Positions 49,795-63,572 of a DNA stretch of 64,000 bases are shown piece by piece. Under the pieces are notes generated by a model. It searched no databases, was not told the DNA's origin, and saw nothing but the letters and a program-made list of their open reading frames with translations. The DNA is from Octopus sinensis. Taxonomy: Eukaryota. Position 1 is the first letter of the stretch. Every line of letters begins with the position of its first letter. The stretch is taken from assembly GCF_006345805.1 (NCBI RefSeq), contig NC_042997.1:169942001-170006000 (forward strand), in the 5' to 3' direction. The translations under genes were made by a program, and so were the position numbers.

Positions 49795-52700
49795 TATAGT
49801 GTCCTCAAGCAAGGCATTTTTTCTCTTTTTATGCTGCTCCAGTCTACTCACCTGAAATGAGTAACAGCCAAGTTCTGGTGTAGCCTTCTCTCCCTCCAGA
49901 TATTACATCCTGGATACTACACTGGGGAAGTGTGGGAGAACCAAGAGGGTCTGTACCTGCTTGCAAGCACTTAAAAACAATTACGGCATGGTACATGCTA
50001 CCAAGTCATTCTCAGTTCTGGGTGATGACCATAGATTAAACCAATACAGAGGAGGTTTTGAATAAATATTTATTTATGAGGTGCCATATCTATGTATTTA
50101 ATGTTACTGTGAAATTAAGTCCAATGGTTACACTAAAGGGAATACTTTTTCAGCTTCTTGGAATGAGGACCAAACCAACTGTTTTCACCATCATTTTGGC
50201 TCATCAGTATTTGCTTACTGTCAAGGTGCTAAGTAACTAAAAGTTACTTATTAAATGTAAGCAAAGATTGTCAGACACAACTAAGTTACATAAAATTGCA
50301 AAGTTTTGATTTTTTTTCTATAATTTCTTTATTATTTTTATTTATTTTTATTCTAATTTACATATATATTATTTGAAATGCAAGGATGGTTGTATAGTTA
50401 AAAACTGTCCTTCACAACCAGCTGATTTCAGGTTTGATCTTGTGGCAGAACACATTATGCAAGTGTATTCTATCAAAGCCTTGTAATTGAAATTTGGCAG
50501 AGAAAAATTTGTGCAAAAGTCAATGAATGGACTAAGCACAGATAGCTTAATGGATCAGGTACCAAACATCTAGATGACAGTTTATCCTGTCCATGGCATC
50601 TGCTATACTTATGATGCTTAAATCAAAATGGTCTGGTTCACTTGGCTGTAAATAGGTGACAAGTTTAGTTATTTCCATGATAGAGGAAGAGAAAACTTTT
50701 GAAGAAGATAATGGCAGATCATTTTAGTAATGTGGTAGGAAATACTTTGGGGTATGGATATTCCATGAGGCCATCAAAAGTCAAGATATCAGTTGACTGT
50801 TCCACCTCACTATATTCTTTTAAAGATTAGAGAAGTAAAGTAGGGAGCTGTTGTGAAACCAAGACAATAATATTCTTTTGATTCTGAGCTTTAGCAATTT
50901 AATTTCTTTTAGACTACTAATGTTCTCACCCCTCTTCTCCTCTAGGAAAAAGATGCCTTTTACAATTTCTCTCCAGAAATGGATTCTAGTTAATCAGGGG
51001 TTGATTGATCGCTTTGATTGTGGAAAAATAAGAAACTGACAGAGTTGGGATAAAACAGATATTTATTGCAAAATCTTTTATAATCATAAATCAGCATATT
51101 AAGTTTGCTTCCCAACCACATAGTTCCAGGTTCAGTCCCACTGCATGGCACTTTGTGCAAGTGTCTTTTTTGTCGCCTCGGGCCTTTTGAATGAATTTGG
51201 TTGATGGAAACTGAAAGATGTCTGTTGTATACATATATATGTGGGGTGGTAGTCTGTGTTTGTCCCCTACCACCACTTGACAATGGTGTTGGTGTGATTA
51301 TGTGTCCAACAGTTTGGCAAAAGAGACCAGTAGAATAAGAACCAGGTTTAAAAGAACTAAGTACTGGGGTTGATTCATTCAACTAAAATCCTCAAGGCAG
51401 TGCTCCAGTGTGGGCACAGTCTAATGACTGAAACACAGAATTAGAAGAATGCTTTTTTTTCTTAATCTTAAATACATTACCTGTACTGAATATCTTTAAA
51501 CAAGATGCATCATGGAAAATTGGGTGCTTGGTTTGTTGGTTGGTTGGTTGGTGGGGGGTGCCCCCATTTTTCTACATATTTCTGTTTCCATTTTTTATTA
51601 TGTTTTTATTTTATGTCTCCTGATTACCACTGTTGTATATATGTAATTACACAAACAATTTAGTTGTGTGGCACTAACTTTTTTTTTTTTTATGTTAAAC
51701 ATACACATAGTTTTGTACTTGTAATGGTTTCCAATTTGGAAAGCAATCATTTCCTGATATATTAAGTAAATAAGCAATCATGTAATTTGATATTAGTTAT
51801 TATGCAAAACAAAGCCCCTCAGCTACAAAATACAGTCATTAGTCTCCGTGTGAAGAGATTGTGTGTGTTTGTGTGTGTGTGTTGTGTTTTATTTATTTAT
51901 TTTGGCTAATAATATCTGGGTTATTTGTTACATTTTGATGAAACTGATCTTTTTTTTTTTTTTAACTCAGTACTAATTGCAGATGCTATTAAAATATTAT
52001 TTTGCAGATTCCCAATTTCCCCTTCCTACCATGCATTTTCCTTTGCTACTATATCATGTTTTCGTATCATATATTAGCTTGATGGTTTTTGTATTGTTGA
52101 AATTTCATTTGCTTAGTTATGTGTGTATATATATTTGGTTGTCAAATCTTTTTGCTTGTTACTTTCCCTTGGGAATTCTCAACTAATTTAATATGTGCTT
52201 AATAAGTAAATACATTAAATGCTATCATTTGTCAAATGTTTATCATAATATAAAGTAGGTGGTACTTTATCTTGTGCATGCATGGAATGAGAATGCTATT
52301 TTGACAAAATAAATATTTCCCATACATTATCTTAATTACTTTTAGGAGTCACTGGTTGCCAATACAAATTAATCTACAGTGAGAATATATTAGTTGAATG
52401 TTTCTACACATACAGGCATTTTATTTACCAATGCAATGCCTGTTCTTTAGTCTTCATCTATTTCTACAGATATTTCAGTAAAAGCTATTCTTAAATTTCT
52501 ATTAATGAAATCCATTCCAGGAAAATTAGGATTAAAAAAATGCCAAGTTGCTACATTCTTATGTATAAAAATAAAGTTATTGTGTTTGAGATTTGGTTTA
52601 GTTGTTGAGGGTGTATTGTTTTTGTAAGAAGTATTTTGACAGATATTTTTAGTTGTTTATTAATTTATATAGAATAAAGAAACAGTGAAATCCTTTTTAA

Positions 52701-53568
52701 TGAGTTCTTCGGTGGAATGAAACATTTATTATCATGCCAAAGACTATATTTTCAGTTTAATTTATGCAACATTCCAAGGAATGTAAAGACAAAAGATTTA
52801 ATAGAAAAGAAAGTCATGTTAAATCATTCTGTTAGAATGCTACTAAACTAGTTACTCATTCTGTGGATATCTTTTCACCCACTGGGGTGCCTTCAGATTC
52901 ATACAAAGCATATAGGGCAGGTTAACCTGGCAGATCCCATCCTTTTGCAGACTGTACTGAAGAAAGGATGTGAAGTCAGTATTTAAAGCCAATAAAATAC
53001 TTTCTCCTTTATAGCTTACCCTCTCAACATATGGGGATGAACTGCACCTTCTTAATGTACCAATTTACATCTAGGTGTACTAGGCTTTGAAAGTTTAAGT
53101 ATTTTTCCTTGAGGTACAAATATGAACCCTTTGATCAGCCAACTCCTTGTGGCTGAAACTGTCAATTATATTAACCACTTAAATGTTTATTTTATCTTTT
53201 ATACACACATTGTATGTTTGTTATAAACCAGGGGTCACCAAACTTTTTCAACCATTGACCCATTTTAGCCATTTCTCCTTTCACATCGACCACTCTCCTC
53301 ATTTAAAATATCTTAATATCATACCCTACCATACCATATCTTAAATGCGTATCAGGTACTGATGCTGGCAATTAAAATGTTAGCTAAAGTATATAAGTAC
53401 GACAAATTAAGAAATTCTATTGAAGATGACACACTTTTCAGATTTAAAACGACATGTATGAGTATACAGTATTAAACTTTCAATTTTTATGAAATTCTTT
53501 TCATGGTTAGAAAATGGGGAAAATGCTTCATATTACTAGAATATCTTTTATTGAAATTGAAATTGACA

Positions 53569-54524
53569 TCAACATGAGGGATGAGCATGGTGGTCCTGAA
53601 TCAAGGCACTGATATCAGGTTGAATGTTGGTCAGTTTCTGTTTCAAATTGCCTCATTCCTCCAGGTTCAGGCAATTCCTCTGTTTACTGAGAATTGTGTT
53701 TGCATGGCTGAAGCTAGCTTCCACCATATAAGAGCTAAGAAATGCCAGAAGGAATGGCTCGGCTGCCACTTTAAGATGTGAGTACCATTCACTTGTTTCC
53801 TTATTGTACCAAAAGCCACTCAGACTTCTGATCTCAAAAAAAAAAGGCTTTCGCCGCAATATCAACACTCAAATCAGAGAGCTCACTTTCAAGCTCTGGG
53901 CTCATATTCAAATTTTTAAATTTCATGTCGAACAGCACCACCATCCATGCTGGAATTTTCATGTTCTCAATGTCCTCAAACCAAGCATGGAAATTATCTT
54001 GCAGTTTTTCCAAGTGATCAGTGAAGATCTCTATATCAGATTCTGAAATACTTCATCCTGAATTCAATGAGAAGTGCATCAAGTTTGAAAAATACTTAAA
54101 ATCTCTTCTCTCCAAAGAATTTTTTGAACAATGCAAATTTCACCTGGAATCCCATGATAACTATCTTAGCTTGAATTATTGTTACATCCTTGCCCTGCAG
54201 ACGTTTTCCAATCGCATTAAACTTGGAGAAAATGTCTGCAAAATAAAATGCTTTTCACATTTCTTCAATTCGTCATGCTTTTAGAGCTTTAAAATAATCA
54301 AGATCTTTGCTTTTTTTTTTCTTTTTCTTTTTGTTACTATGAATCCTTTCCATGTGTCCTTTCATTTTAGACGGCTTCATGCAATCATTGCTGAAAGTCT
54401 TTTCACAAAGTAGGCACATGGGGATCAATTCATTTTTTGGTGAAGTAATAAATCCCAACTTAAAATAATCTTGATTGTACTGTCTGCACTTTCTTTTGGC
54501 ATGATTCTGCACTTTCTCTGACAT
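53569..54524 (-). pseudogene. Buster/SPIN-like hAT transposase pseudogene (BED finger + C-terminal dimerisation region; catalytic core largely deleted)
   Basis: MSEKV..KRKCRQYNQDYFKLGF..PMCLLC..NDCMKPSKMKGHMERIH; then ..ADIFSKFN..LQGKD..; ..FLSSYMVEASFSH..LSKQRN.L..; ends HAHPSC*. About 960 bp versus roughly 1.9 kb expected for a full ORF. Confidence 0.9.
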
Positions 54525-54569
54525 GATACTGAAAAACAGAAGAAAAGCTTTTAGACTACAATACAAATA

Positions 54570-55624
54570 CAGGGTGTCCCAATAATTGTAATCACATCAT
54601 GAAAATATAACTTTTTTTGGTCAGTTTGGCAAGTAAAACTTTTTGTATGAATCATTTGGAGAAAATTATACTCCTGGGCCCATCTCTTCAGGCATAGACT
54701 ACCTCTGCAAAAGCCAGAGGTAGGTCTATGCCTGAATAAAATTTGTCAAAGACCCATGACACAACAAAAGACTTAATGGCAAACCAGACAAAACTGCACA
54801 ACATTTAAGGTTTAAAATTTCAGATTGTAGCATGCAAGTTTTATACATTATGTACAAGGCCATACCAACTGAAATGGTAGAAAGATATGGCGTCTAAGAT
54901 AGGAATTTAGGAATACAAACGTAGACCTGTGTACTATTATTGACAAATCAAATGTGTCATTTGAGTAGCAAAATAAAAATTAAAAGTAACATTTTCAAAG
55001 GCATATTCCCCAAAATCACAATTTTTTCTAATATGACTATGATAGTTTGACAAAAAGCCAGCAGGGTGTCCCAAGAGCTCTGGATTTAATTAGGTGGTAA
55101 AACGCATAATAATGAAATTACAACAATTACTTGTGGAATGTTATATACAACAAATGTCGCCTATGACTCCCAAGGATTCTCTGTGTCTTAAGTCATTTTT
55201 ATACGTGTATGCCTTTATCCATTATGTTGAAAGTGGACCTTGTCGCTGAAGATAATCTTCAAAAAAAACAGTTTCCACTTCATGTTTTTCCAACACTCAT
55301 TCGAAAAAACCTCGGTGCTTGATTACAAACCCATATTTATAATGTGTTTTAACAATAATAATGTGTTGTTCCTTTGTTATGTGTTCAATGAGAATGCCAG
55401 AGTCCTATTGTTTAATTGCAAATATGGTAAATGACTGACTAAGACACTGTTTATAATGTTCATGTTGTTGCAGTGAGCTTCACTTCACATGACATTTATG
55501 TAAAACTCACACTAAATTGAAGGCCCTACGTAGCATATAGACCAATAAATAAATTTGAATAAGATTTCACTAAATGAAATCAGTATTAAAAAATCAAATC
55601 TCAAGCTGTTATTGGAACACCCTA
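54570..55624. mobile_element. Tc1/mariner-type element nested in the Buster transposon
   Basis: TA|CAGGGTGTCCCAATAA ... TTATTGGAACACCCTA|TA; an internal repeat of CAGGGTGTCCCAA occurs at ~55062. Confidence 0.75.
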
Positions 55625-56544
55625 TATGTTAAAAAATATTTTCTTTGGATTCTGACCTTTGTCCTACATGTGGAGTGAAGATTTGATATATAGTTTTTTA
55701 AACACTTACATTACTTATAAGTGTAATTCATATGAATAATTTTAAGCATAAACATTTTGATATTCCAAATTAATGTATACAATCTTCAATGTATCCAAAT
55801 GTATTCAAATTTAAACTTATCTTCTTGATAGAGGGATGACTGCTGCATAAAGGATGGCATAGCGTTCAAGCAATCAACATTTCATCTTTACAAATCCAAC
55901 ACTTACAATGACATACCAACAAAAACATTTATGAGATATGCATTTAATATCTTATCTCCCCTAGCAGGTCTAGTCATTTCCATTAGCAAAAACTTGACAG
56001 TTCGCATCTCCTCAATCACGCCTCTCAATCTTCGATTATGATACAGATTATGACATCAGGCCTTGAACATTAGCAACAGCAGACTTCTCGTGACAGTGAA
56101 AATTTATGATATTTTCCCACGTTTCATAGTGCTGACTAAGTATTTCAAGCAGTTCATCTGGGTGAGCTGGTCTTTTGCACACTGACCTCCATTCAACCCC
56201 TTGACTATCATCGACCCCCTGTAATTCCTTGCTGACCCCTAGTGGGTCCCTCGGACCCCCTTTGGCAACCCCTGTTATAAACTTTGCACCTTCTTATGAC
56301 AGTGAATTGACAGCATCAGTAACATAATGGATAGAATACCTTGTACTTAAAATATTAGCCTAATCTCTTCAAATTATACCCCACCCTCTTCAAAAAGGGG
56401 AAGACACATTGGATTATGTAGTCTAGGATAAGTTGGAGTGGTTATAGCTGGAATGCTTTTGATCATTGGTATTTCTCTTCAGAGTTTACTTGGGGTTAAA
56501 CAACAACAGCAAAACACATGTACCTTTTTTATATTCTTTTTATT

Positions 56545-56724
56545 CTTTTATTTGTTTGAACAAATCGACCCCAGGACTTATTCTTTGTAAGCCTAGTACT
56601 TATTCTATTGGTTTATTTTGCCAAACTGTTTAGTTACAGGAACATAAACACACCAACATCGGTTGTCAACAGATGGTTGGGGGACAAACATATACGCACA
56701 CACACATATGTATATATGTATATA

Positions 56725-56790
<66 letters not shown>

Positions 56791-56948
56791 ACGGGCTGCT
56801 TTCAGTTTCCGTCTACCAAATCCACTCACAAGGCTTTGGTTGTCCCAAAGCTATAGTAGAAAACACTTGCCCAAGGTGCCACGCAGTGGGATTGGACCCA
56901 GAAGCATGTGGTTGGGAAGCAAGCTTGTTACCACACAACCACACCTGC
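56545..56948 (-). mobile_element. SINE family B with expanded internal (TA)n
   Basis: Head and tail match family B; about 90 bp of TA-rich tract internally. Confidence 0.88.
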
Positions 56949-57190
56949 ACTTGGTTTTTATAGTTTTCTTTTTTAAAGATGAGATGTATTTCAATGTGTT
57001 TATTCAGTGATTAACGAGCAATGTAATAATATTAAATTACTACTAAGCTAATCAGCATATTCTGTTATGTCCAATGGCTTTGGTAGGGATTTTGAAACAC
57101 CTGAACTGAATCAGTAGCTTCATTCCCTTTTGGATTTACTATTCAGTTCAGTCCAGGACAACCCTTAGGGAGCAGACTTATAATCTAAAG

Positions 57191-57620
57191 CAGTACTTCT
57201 TAACTTTTTTTTTTTTTGCAGTGCCCCCCACTTTTCAGTAGTTGTTATGCCTAACAGCAACCTAAGTGGCAAGTGAGGTATCATGACTAAACTAACTTAA
57301 CATGAATGATAATATATAAATTTTACTCAAAAATGGATTGTATAAGCCTTTAACAGTGAGATAATAAAAAATAGATAAAAAGTTGTATATTTACTTTATA
57401 CATTGCAAGTTAACAATGTCCCTGTGCCTGATGAGATCTCATTTTATTTTCTAACCATTACTAGTTTTATCATATGTAATGTAATTGCTACTATAGGTAA
57501 AATTTAGTATGTTAATTATGTTAGTCCACTGCTCCCTTCACCATCCCCTAAAGCCTAACAACCCTTTCAACATGCCCAGCACCCCCTTGGAGAAAGTTCC
57601 ACCCACACTGAGAACCTCTA
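57191..57620. mobile_element. Old hAT (Buster-type) MITE
   Basis: Degenerate TIRs CAGTACTTCTTAAC / ACTGAGAACCTCTA; TSD ATCTAAAG / GTCTAAAG (7/8, central TA). Confidence 0.6.
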
Positions 57621-60600
57621 GTCTAAAGCATTCTGACCATGTCTGTCCTCGCCTATAAATATTCTGGACTATATTCTCTTAGAAAGTGGAATACGATTTG
57701 AAGGAGATTTATTTGCTATTTCTAGCAGGTCAAGCAACCATGTAGACACTCTTTCATTGGTTTACTTTGACACATGTTGTAGTTGGTAGCAGTATATTTA
57801 GGTGAGTGAAAGCATAGGAGTAAGCAATAGTCTATGATACAAATAATACAGTACCACTATACTGTATAAATGTATCCTTCCTAATATAACACAGCAGGAT
57901 GTAGTCTGAGGGAGTTTTGGTGTATTTCTAGCAGGTTGAGCAGCCATGTAGCACAGCAGTTCCTAACCTTTAACATAGCAAATTATTAATCTCCCACCAC
58001 CCTATAAGAAAAATTTAGCTTTATTGTATTATAGGTAATGAAAATGCTATATTTGGTTGATCAGTGACTTTCACTGGTAAGTCTCTGGAACATAAATTTT
58101 ATCAAAATAGATTCAATATTTAGAGCAAGCTCTTGAGGTAGACTATGAAAAACTTCAATATATATTTATTTATAGTAAAAAAAAATAAGGAGTCACTTAT
58201 CAAAAATGATGGCAGGAAAGCAGGAAAAAAATTATATATTGAAGTGAAAACTCAAAACTCCTGATCTAACTTATCCATACAGCCCCCTCTATTTATGATT
58301 TATAATTAAAGAAAGAAAACATTCCTGTTTCTTTCATTCATTTTATTTGAAAATCTATTGTGGCATATAGCATTTTCATTAAATCAATATAACTTTTTTT
58401 TTTATAAGTTCTATAGCCTTGTTTAGAGTAAAGCTTTCATAACTCAATAATTAGGATCTTTACTGAACTGAATAAATTTAAACTGTGTTGCTTTCACTGT
58501 GTGATGAGTTTCTTCATCTGCAAATTTTAAAAAAATGATGCTGTTTATTATTATTATTGTCATCATCATCATCATCACTATAATCATCATCATCATCTGT
58601 AAGGGAAAAAATAACGGAAGAGAACACCTGCTATTTTAGAAACTGAACATAAACATGATGACAGATGTAAAATGTAAATCTCTTTACTTCAGCTACTGAA
58701 GTGAACTGACAGTAACAATTCAGTTTGTATTCTTAAACAAACATCACTATAATTGAATATTGAAGCAATTCAAAAACCTTTTCTATCAGTTACCTCGACC
58801 TTTTTAGGGAAGTATTTCTATCTTTTTGTTTTTTAATTCACACCAAACTGATATAATGACATAATATGACTTGCACATAGAAATTTTAATTAGTTTGGTT
58901 GCTTTGAAATTTTATTGTTTGTCATCAATCAATACTCTTAGATTTAGTTTACTTTGTTCCTGTCATGATAGATATTTATATTTTGATAATTATTTTCTTT
59001 ATTGATGTATGGTACTTTATCCATAATTATGATACCCAAATAATAGATTTTCATTGTCTTTTATAGTATTTGGGCAGTTGCAATTAACATTAGCAAATAA
59101 CTATTGTCAAAGTTCTTGGTTTCTTGTTATACCTGTTATTCTTTGTCAGTTTCTGCTTGACTCCACTATTCTGAAGAAAATCAGCTTAAATCTATTAAAA
59201 AAATATGCTAATTAACTTACAAATTGGTATCCATAATTTTATAATTATCATGCTATATTTAGGGTTAAGAGATTTTTGACAAGGTTTGATAAACCTTATT
59301 TGCAATATTTTACGAAACATAAGGCTTTTGCAGTGTAACTCCAGGTGTGCTTTGATCAAACACTTAGGCCCATAGATTGCCAGCTGAGTGGCTGTGCAAA
59401 AACCACAGATTTGTAGTTCCGGATCTATCATACCTCCGCTTAGCTAACAATCACAATGCACACTCAAATATACAGTGATAAATTGTACAGGATGCAGTAT
59501 GTCAGTGCAAGGATGTTAAATTCTCTGTTTCTCTGCACTGTCCAATCTATTTCAGTGTTCAAAATTTTCCTGGAACAACTAGATATATTTTAAGTATTCA
59601 GTATCCTAGATATGCAAATAATCTGGCTAGATCTTGTGTTACAAAATATATTTGTTTTTTTTTTGTTTTTTTTGCTTTTTTTTCCCCTAAGATTTCATGA
59701 AGATCATAAATTCAAAATTTACACTGGAAAGTCTATTCTTATTTTTAAGGAATATTTAAATATTTTTCTATTGTTAATTTATATCTGGATTTTTGTATTG
59801 TTATATTGAGTCAATTTTTCTTTTAATCTTTTACTGAATTTTTTAATACATGCTGGCATTCATCTTTAACTTTAAAATACTGCATTTTTAAAAATGCAAC
59901 ACATATTTAACATAAAAGTGTTTTGTCTTGAATGCATTTTATTTACATTAAATTTACATGGTTTAGCATCTACACCTTTAATTTTCATTTTATATGAATC
60001 TTTAAAATGTTAAATATCTGGCAGCTACTTGTACATGGTACTTAGCGGATGTTTGATGAATTTCAATGATACTTAAAAATGTGGCATTTATCAGAATGAA
60101 TAAGTCTCATTATTTTTTAAAATCAAAACCAGATGTCTCTAGTTGCTATGTTTATAACTGAGATTTAGATAAGTTTTTCACTGATAGAAGAAAATTTTCT
60201 GATAAGTATCTCAACAGTTTTCTTAACATTAAATTTCTCTCTACTATCATTTCACTAATTATCTCGTGATATATGTGTGAGTGAGTGTGTGTGGGTATGA
60301 GTGTGTGTATGTGTGTGTGTGTGTGTGCGTGTGATATCCAACTTGATTTTCATATTTGATCAAATAGTTTTTATAAATTTTCATTCCAGAATGTATTTTT
60401 AATTAAAAAAATAGCTTCAACAACCAGGTGTCAGTAATTTTTGATGTTCTGATTTCCTGCCCCATTCTCTCTCTCCCTCTCTCTCTCTCCATCTATCTAT
60501 CTCCCTCTCCCCCTTCCTCTTTCTCTCTCCCCTCTTCCTCTCTCTACTCCTCTTTCACACACACACACACACACAAATCCAGTTTATTTTTTTAAACCTA

Positions 60601-62189
60601 GCGAGCTCTTGCTATATATATTTTCATTTTATTTAGTTATGTTATTAGGAAATGTATGTATACATTGCATGTGTTATAAGACAACACTACACTAAGTTAT
60701 ATAAAGAAATAAAATGATAACAGGTAATCAAGTTGAAAAAAACTATGTGATTTTGATCATTTTGATAGTGCTTATTTAAATTTATTAACGTTTTGTTGTT
60801 TGCATAACTCTTTAAACCTTGACTCTGAGATATCTTCCAAAAACTAAAAGTGGGAAATATCTTAGAACTTAAAAGGTTAAAACATGACTGATTCATGAAT
60901 ATCTAATAAAAATCTATATTGTTGTCGGTGTTATTCGTTCCACGTGTTTTGAACCTCTACATGTTCATTGATTTGCTAAAACTAGCAGCCAGACTCCCTC
61001 AGTTATACCCTACAGACTATAAAACAAAGGCCACATGGAACAATGTTGTCCTAGAGACACAATAAGAATGGCGAGATAGTCAAAGCCAGAATACTTTTGA
61101 TTATGTGTTTGCTCAACAATAATGTTAGCTCATTACTAAAGAATTATTTGCAAATATAAATGTTCTTTAGTGTAATACACATTACGCTAGATTACAGACT
61201 GTGAGTGTACTAGATGTTGACTTTCTTATATACCTGATTGTATCACTAGAAGTAGTTAGTAGCTTCTGTTACCTGGATGACATATTTATCAGGTGAAGTG
61301 AGTATTCAAAAACTATAACAATCAATATAAGAATGAGTTGACAACATTCTACTGGCAACAAAAATCTTCTCCTCCAGACTATATTATATGATGCTTGTTT
61401 TAGAAGATTGTAGTGAGATGCAAGCCTTAAGTGCAGAAGACCTACAAAGGCCTGAAAGAAATGAAGCAAAATGGATATGTATTGTTGGTGTGTAGTTAAC
61501 TCTCCCTCTCCTCTGAACTACACCTTAGGTCTCCCATACCTTCTTTAACACCTCTTATTTCTGCTGTCATTCTCAACATCTTCTTATGTCCACCATGGAT
61601 GCTCCCTCTCCCATTTGTCACTATAGCTACCTTTCTGTACCTCTGATCTCCATCTCTGTCACTGTACATCATCCTTCCCCACTCATATGTCCTGTGCCTC
61701 ATCTCCCTACTTTCTGATCTATCTAAAAGTTTATGAGATGGCTACTCTCCTATCTTCCTTTGCTGTCATTTATCACCCCATCCTTCCTAAGCCATTTCTG
61801 TTCTCACATCATCTGCCATCCATACTGATATTTACCAACAATGATCCCTCCACCCTTGTTCATCACTTAGTACATTCAATCCTACCCCCTCTCTAACCAT
61901 CTGTCACCCTCCTCTTATGAAATTACTCACATTCTTGTACTTGAGAGTATGCTCTGGCATCCCATCACCACCATCTTATTTCCTTTTCATCTACTCCCAC
62001 CCATCCTTATATAATGCAAGGTAGTCTTGAATCTCCTCAATAGTAAGACACCTGTATTTCTCCCTCTATCATACTTTAGTCCCTCAACACCTGGCATAAA
62101 GCCATCTCTCCTTCTTCCTCCTTTCTCAAATACACTTTCACTCAGTCAAAGGGGCTTTTTCTTTTCTTATCTTGCAAGTTAATTGGCAA

Positions 62190-62650
62190 CATTACAAGTG
62201 CCAGTGTCATGAAAAAAAGGCACCCAGTACATACTGCAAAGTTGTTGACATCAGGAAGAACATCTAGCCATAGAAGCCATACCCAAGCTGACTTTGGAAT
62301 TCAATGCAGTCCTTCTGTTTATTAGATCTTGTCGAATCATCCAATCTCTGCTAGCATGGAAAACAGATGTTTGATGATGGTGATTGTGGTGGTGGTGGTG
62401 GTGGTGATGGTGGTGTGTGTTTGCATAGTTCCTTTCTTTGGTCTGTATGCCTTAGGTTTCCAAGAGCACTTTGTAAAGTGGTTGGTAATAGGAAGGGCAT
62501 TCAACAATGTAGACCAAGCAGGGATGAATTAATTGTACAAACACTACACTTTACAAGCAATATCTGCCAATAAGAAATGACATCGACTGTGACACTTGTC
62601 CAAACTATGCTAGCATGAAAAGCTGATGTAAAATGATGATGATGATTACA
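62190..62650 (+). mobile_element. Two degenerate RTE 3'-tail elements
   Basis: ..ggaag..catc.a.cc.taga..; ..tgctagcatg.aaa..gatg repeated twice. Confidence 0.7.
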
Positions 62651-62782
62651 ATGATCTCTCTCTCTCTCTCTCTCAAGCTCTCTCTCTCTCATGCTCTCTC
62701 TCTCACACATACACACACACACATCATTATCATCATTTAGACTTCATGTCATACTGGTATGGCTTATATATGTATATATATA

Positions 62783-63072
62783 TACTATACACAACTGAGG
62801 ATGTCTGTCTGTAAGGGTATATCACTAAAACTTGAGAACTACCCAACCGATTTCATCTAAATTTTACACATACCTTACTTAGGGTGCATGGAATGTAATG
62901 GGTGAAAGTATTTTCAACTTCTTGCCTAATGTGAGCTCAGAGCAATCTCTTATCTCTTACACTGTTTCGGTATCACATGTCAAAAGTGAAACAATAACAT
63001 CCCTATTGTAATGTAATATCATACTTTCACTATTATATGGTTTCAATTTCAATTACTTTCACTATGTATTTG
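62783..63072 (+). mobile_element. Non-autonomous Helitron/Helentron-like repeat (family of 12262-12555)
   Basis: Homologous to 12262-12555; flanked by TA tracts. Confidence 0.55.
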
Positions 63073-63528
63073 TATATGTGTTTGTACGTATGTGTATATA
63101 TATATATATATATAATATCTACATAATAAACCTCAACATCTGTGTGTCTGTGCATCTAAAGGACGAAAGGGAATAGAAGATACATAAAAACAAAGCATGT
63201 GTTCTCATGTTAAATTTTACAAGAAAGATGATGAGCTACATAAAATTTACTTTCCATTGCAATTAGGGGGCTTAAAGTGGGGCAAACACCCCCTGTGAAA
63301 TTTCAAATATCTCCAATTTCAATGAAAATAACAACATAGCTACTAGGTACTAAATGAAGACGATTTCCAAAATTTCACCAATTTACAATATTATTTAATC
63401 CCCCTAATAGGGTTATAGCACAGGACAGAGCCCCTTTGAAAGTGCAAATGAATCCACTTTTCATGGAAGGTACATAAAATTTAAGTACGTGTTCTTGGAA
63501 TAAGTGTACTACAAAACTTCAACAATGC

Positions 63529-63572
<44 letters not shown>

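Larger units (their letters stand above)
53229..56274 (-). mobile_element. hAT/Buster-family DNA transposon, both ends intact, internally deleted
   Basis: TIRs CAGGGGTCACCAAA / TTTGGCAACCCCTG; perfect 8-bp TSD TTATAAAC (53221-53228, 56275-56282) with central TA. Confidence 0.93.

Noticed and set aside
58520-58620. Poly-Asp exon after a strong minus-strand acceptor (ttttttcccttacag)
   Set aside because: The frame is an (ATC)n microsatellite that soon hits a stop, with no donor or neighbouring exons.
59195-59431. 78-aa minus-strand ORF ending near a GTAAGT donor
   Set aside because: No recognisable domain, no convincing acceptor and no partner exons.
61490-62150. LINE endonuclease or coding exon in the CT-rich block
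   Set aside because: Strongly strand-biased degenerate sequence with frequent stops; I could not place endonuclease motifs in order. Probably an old repeat, left unclassified.
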